NCBI GenBank assembly: GCA_030265395.1
Contig: JARFYF010000029.1
Coordinates: 17,361,587-17,425,586, forward strand
Length of the DNA stretch: 64,000 nt
Direction of reading: 5' to 3'
Origin: Rhina ancylostomus
Lineage: Eukaryota
Positions 61,861-64,000 of the stretch are shown piece by piece (position 1 is the stretch's first letter; the number at the start of each line of letters is the position of its first letter). The position numbers and the translations under genes were made by a program. The notes beneath the pieces are model-generated. The model was given only the letters and a program-made list of their open reading frames with translations, had not been told where the DNA came from and made no database searches.

Positions 61861-63907
61861 GTGGATTTATGGGCTTAACGTCTCTGGCACTTCCCCGCCC
61901 CATTTCACTTCTTCTCCTTTATTTTGGATGGAATATTTGTGACATCTGGTAACCACACACCTATGTGTTAATGCACTATTTGCAAAATGTTTGAAATTGG
62001 TTGAAAGAATGAAAGAAATGTTCAACGGTTGTGGAAGTTGATTGAAGAAGTCTTTTTATAGTTTAATTGTTTACATTGTATTGAAATGATTAGGTATTTC
62101 TATTTAACAATATTTTGTTATCTCATGTATCTGCATTTCAATACAAGAAACACATAAGCCATTCACTTGCGTCACAGTCTAGATCTAAAGTAAAAATTGT
62201 AATGATACTTTTTAATTAACACAGGTTTGGTAGCTATAAATTATTTAACGTAAAGTCTAATTAGATAACAACCCTTTCTTCACTGCAAAGTTTTTTAAAC
62301 TGGCATTCTTACCTCAAACAACTATAATAAAGATTTTGGAGAATTCTTTATGTTCTTGTTTATTTTACCTTGGAGATTAATATTTGGCTGTTTGGCATTG
62401 TTAGAATACCTGAATGCATGAAGTTGCTTTGTTCCTTCTGTTCTTTACTCCAACCACTAAATTAAGCTGTTTTCATTGTAAAAAAGATTTTCATTTTGTT
62501 TTTGATACAATAATTAAATAATTATACTGATTATCTATCATAATTCCAAACAAGCTGGGCAGTCAGGAAGATTAAATTTACTTGTTTTGTTTTTAAAACT
62601 TGGTCTTGAATCCAGCTAAGACAAGTGAAAAGTAAATATATGACTCATACTTGAAACAAGTTTAGAAGTATTATGACAGTCTTAATTTAATTTTTACAGG
62701 ATAAAAAAGTCAACAATTTATAACTAATTTGTATATCTTACCTGGAGAAGCGTAAGAAATAAGCATTAGGGACATAAGAATGTCGTGAAACTTCAGAACT
62801 GATGTGCTCTTCAGTTCTTTGGGTTATAACAGATTGCAGCAATCAAATCGTCTGTTGGGAAGAGACACAGAAATAAATTATTTGGCTCACTGCTGCAAGG
62901 CTAAACCAATTTGGGTTTGCAGTATTTGGACGAGTAATTATTTTTGGATTTGCAATCTCATCATACCTGGTTTAGACACAACAAAGTAGAACGAGGTAAG
63001 ATAAAGCTGAGAGCAGCAACAATGGGGTCAGTGAGGGAACAGCTGTGGGAGTTCATAATCAGTGAGGAAAAGAGTGAGCAGTAATTGGAAAAACAGGTAA
63101 ACTTTCTGAAATAGACATTGAGCATATTGGTAGTCCGGTATGTTCTTTTCCAATATTGGTTTGTATAGTCTACTTTTGTTCTTACACCCCAAAACATTTA
63201 ACATGAGCAACTTAAATAGCATGGTATAGCATGCACTTTACGTTAGGTAAAAATATAGAAAATGCAACTAATTGAGATTATGGCCTTAAATTAGCAGGGA
63301 TTGATTATTTTTAAAAATTCTGTCTGATATTCGGTAAAGGGTAGTGGACATGTGTGACAAGTGTCTAGGGAGAATTTTATTGGCATGTGGATCAGAGTTT
63401 CCTTTGTTCACACAGCACTGTGGTTGTAGTTCCAATTTAGATGTACATTGCTTTTTGAACAAGATGTTTTGGCTGTTCTCCTTCCTGGAGATGCCATACT
63501 TATCTGGTCCTAATGAGGAGGGCCAAATTTGTCGACATGAAGCATCCAGAGGTGTAATCTACCCAGTGGCAAGGCTTCCAGTAGCCCAGTGAGAAGCCCC
63601 TGCCCCAGTCCCTGACAACCAGAAAAGCCCCACCCTGAGCTCTGCCAGCTGGAAAGTTGCAAGTAATTTTTCATTAGTTTTAAAATGTGACACTCATAGT
63701 CATCTGAAAAACTATTAAAATTGAAGTAAATAGTTAACAAAACTAAAATTGTTGAAGTATTTTCAAACTAATAATGCTAATTACACCTGAAAACACTTAA
63801 AAAACAAATTAATTTTCTAATAACAGTAACTTACCTTCCCATTTTTCTCCTAAATGTATTGCTTTACAATCCCCATTGAAACCAATGTGCTCCCATATTC
63901 AAAAGGC

Positions 63908-64000
63908 AACAAGAGAAACAAAGAACTGCAGATGCTGGAATCTAGATGAAAAACACGATGATGCTGGAGGAACTGGGCAGGCCAGGCAGCATCCTTCTAG
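63908..64000 (-). mobile_element. Penelope-derived terminal repeat, truncated by the window edge
   Basis: AGAAACAAAGAACTGCAGATGCTGGAATCT...TGCTGGAGGAACTGGGCAGGCCAGGCAGCATC, same as 21040-21120. Confidence 0.75.

Noticed and set aside
1-64000. Prokaryotic-type systems (CRISPR arrays, operons, defence islands)
   Set aside because: The sequence is vertebrate, with spliceosomal introns; no regularly spaced direct-repeat arrays were seen.

Overview
Eukaryotic vertebrate genomic DNA. The repeat content (CR1, L2 and Rex1 LINEs, V-SINE/HE1-like SINEs, Penelope-derived repeats) points to a cartilaginous fish (shark or ray). It is a draft assembly with many N gaps. Two protein-coding genes lie head-to-head. 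FBXL14 has a single coding exon (15460-16770, minus strand) and encodes 400 aa once an artefactual 100-N gap with an 8-bp flank duplication is removed. WNT5B has four coding exons on the plus strand (45123-45202, 46018-46265, 51879-52171, 58826-59284; 80+248+293+459 = 1080 nt = 359 aa + stop). Each gene starts in a CpG-rich region. The rest is intronic or intergenic sequence with decayed, often nested retroelements. Most notable non-routine observations: (i) a dispersed Penelope-derived repeat carrying minimal hammerhead-ribozyme-like motifs, often as inverted pairs, with one copy retaining an intact catalytic core (37590-37622, minus); (ii) an unexplained purine/pyrimidine inverted repeat with ~90-bp arms (28414-29217); (iii) a candidate upstream coding exon that would give an N-terminally extended Wnt5b isoform, plus a uORF ending 2 nt before the Wnt5b ATG. 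I found no convincing evidence of a wholly new gene system. All repeat family names and boundaries are by-eye and approximate.
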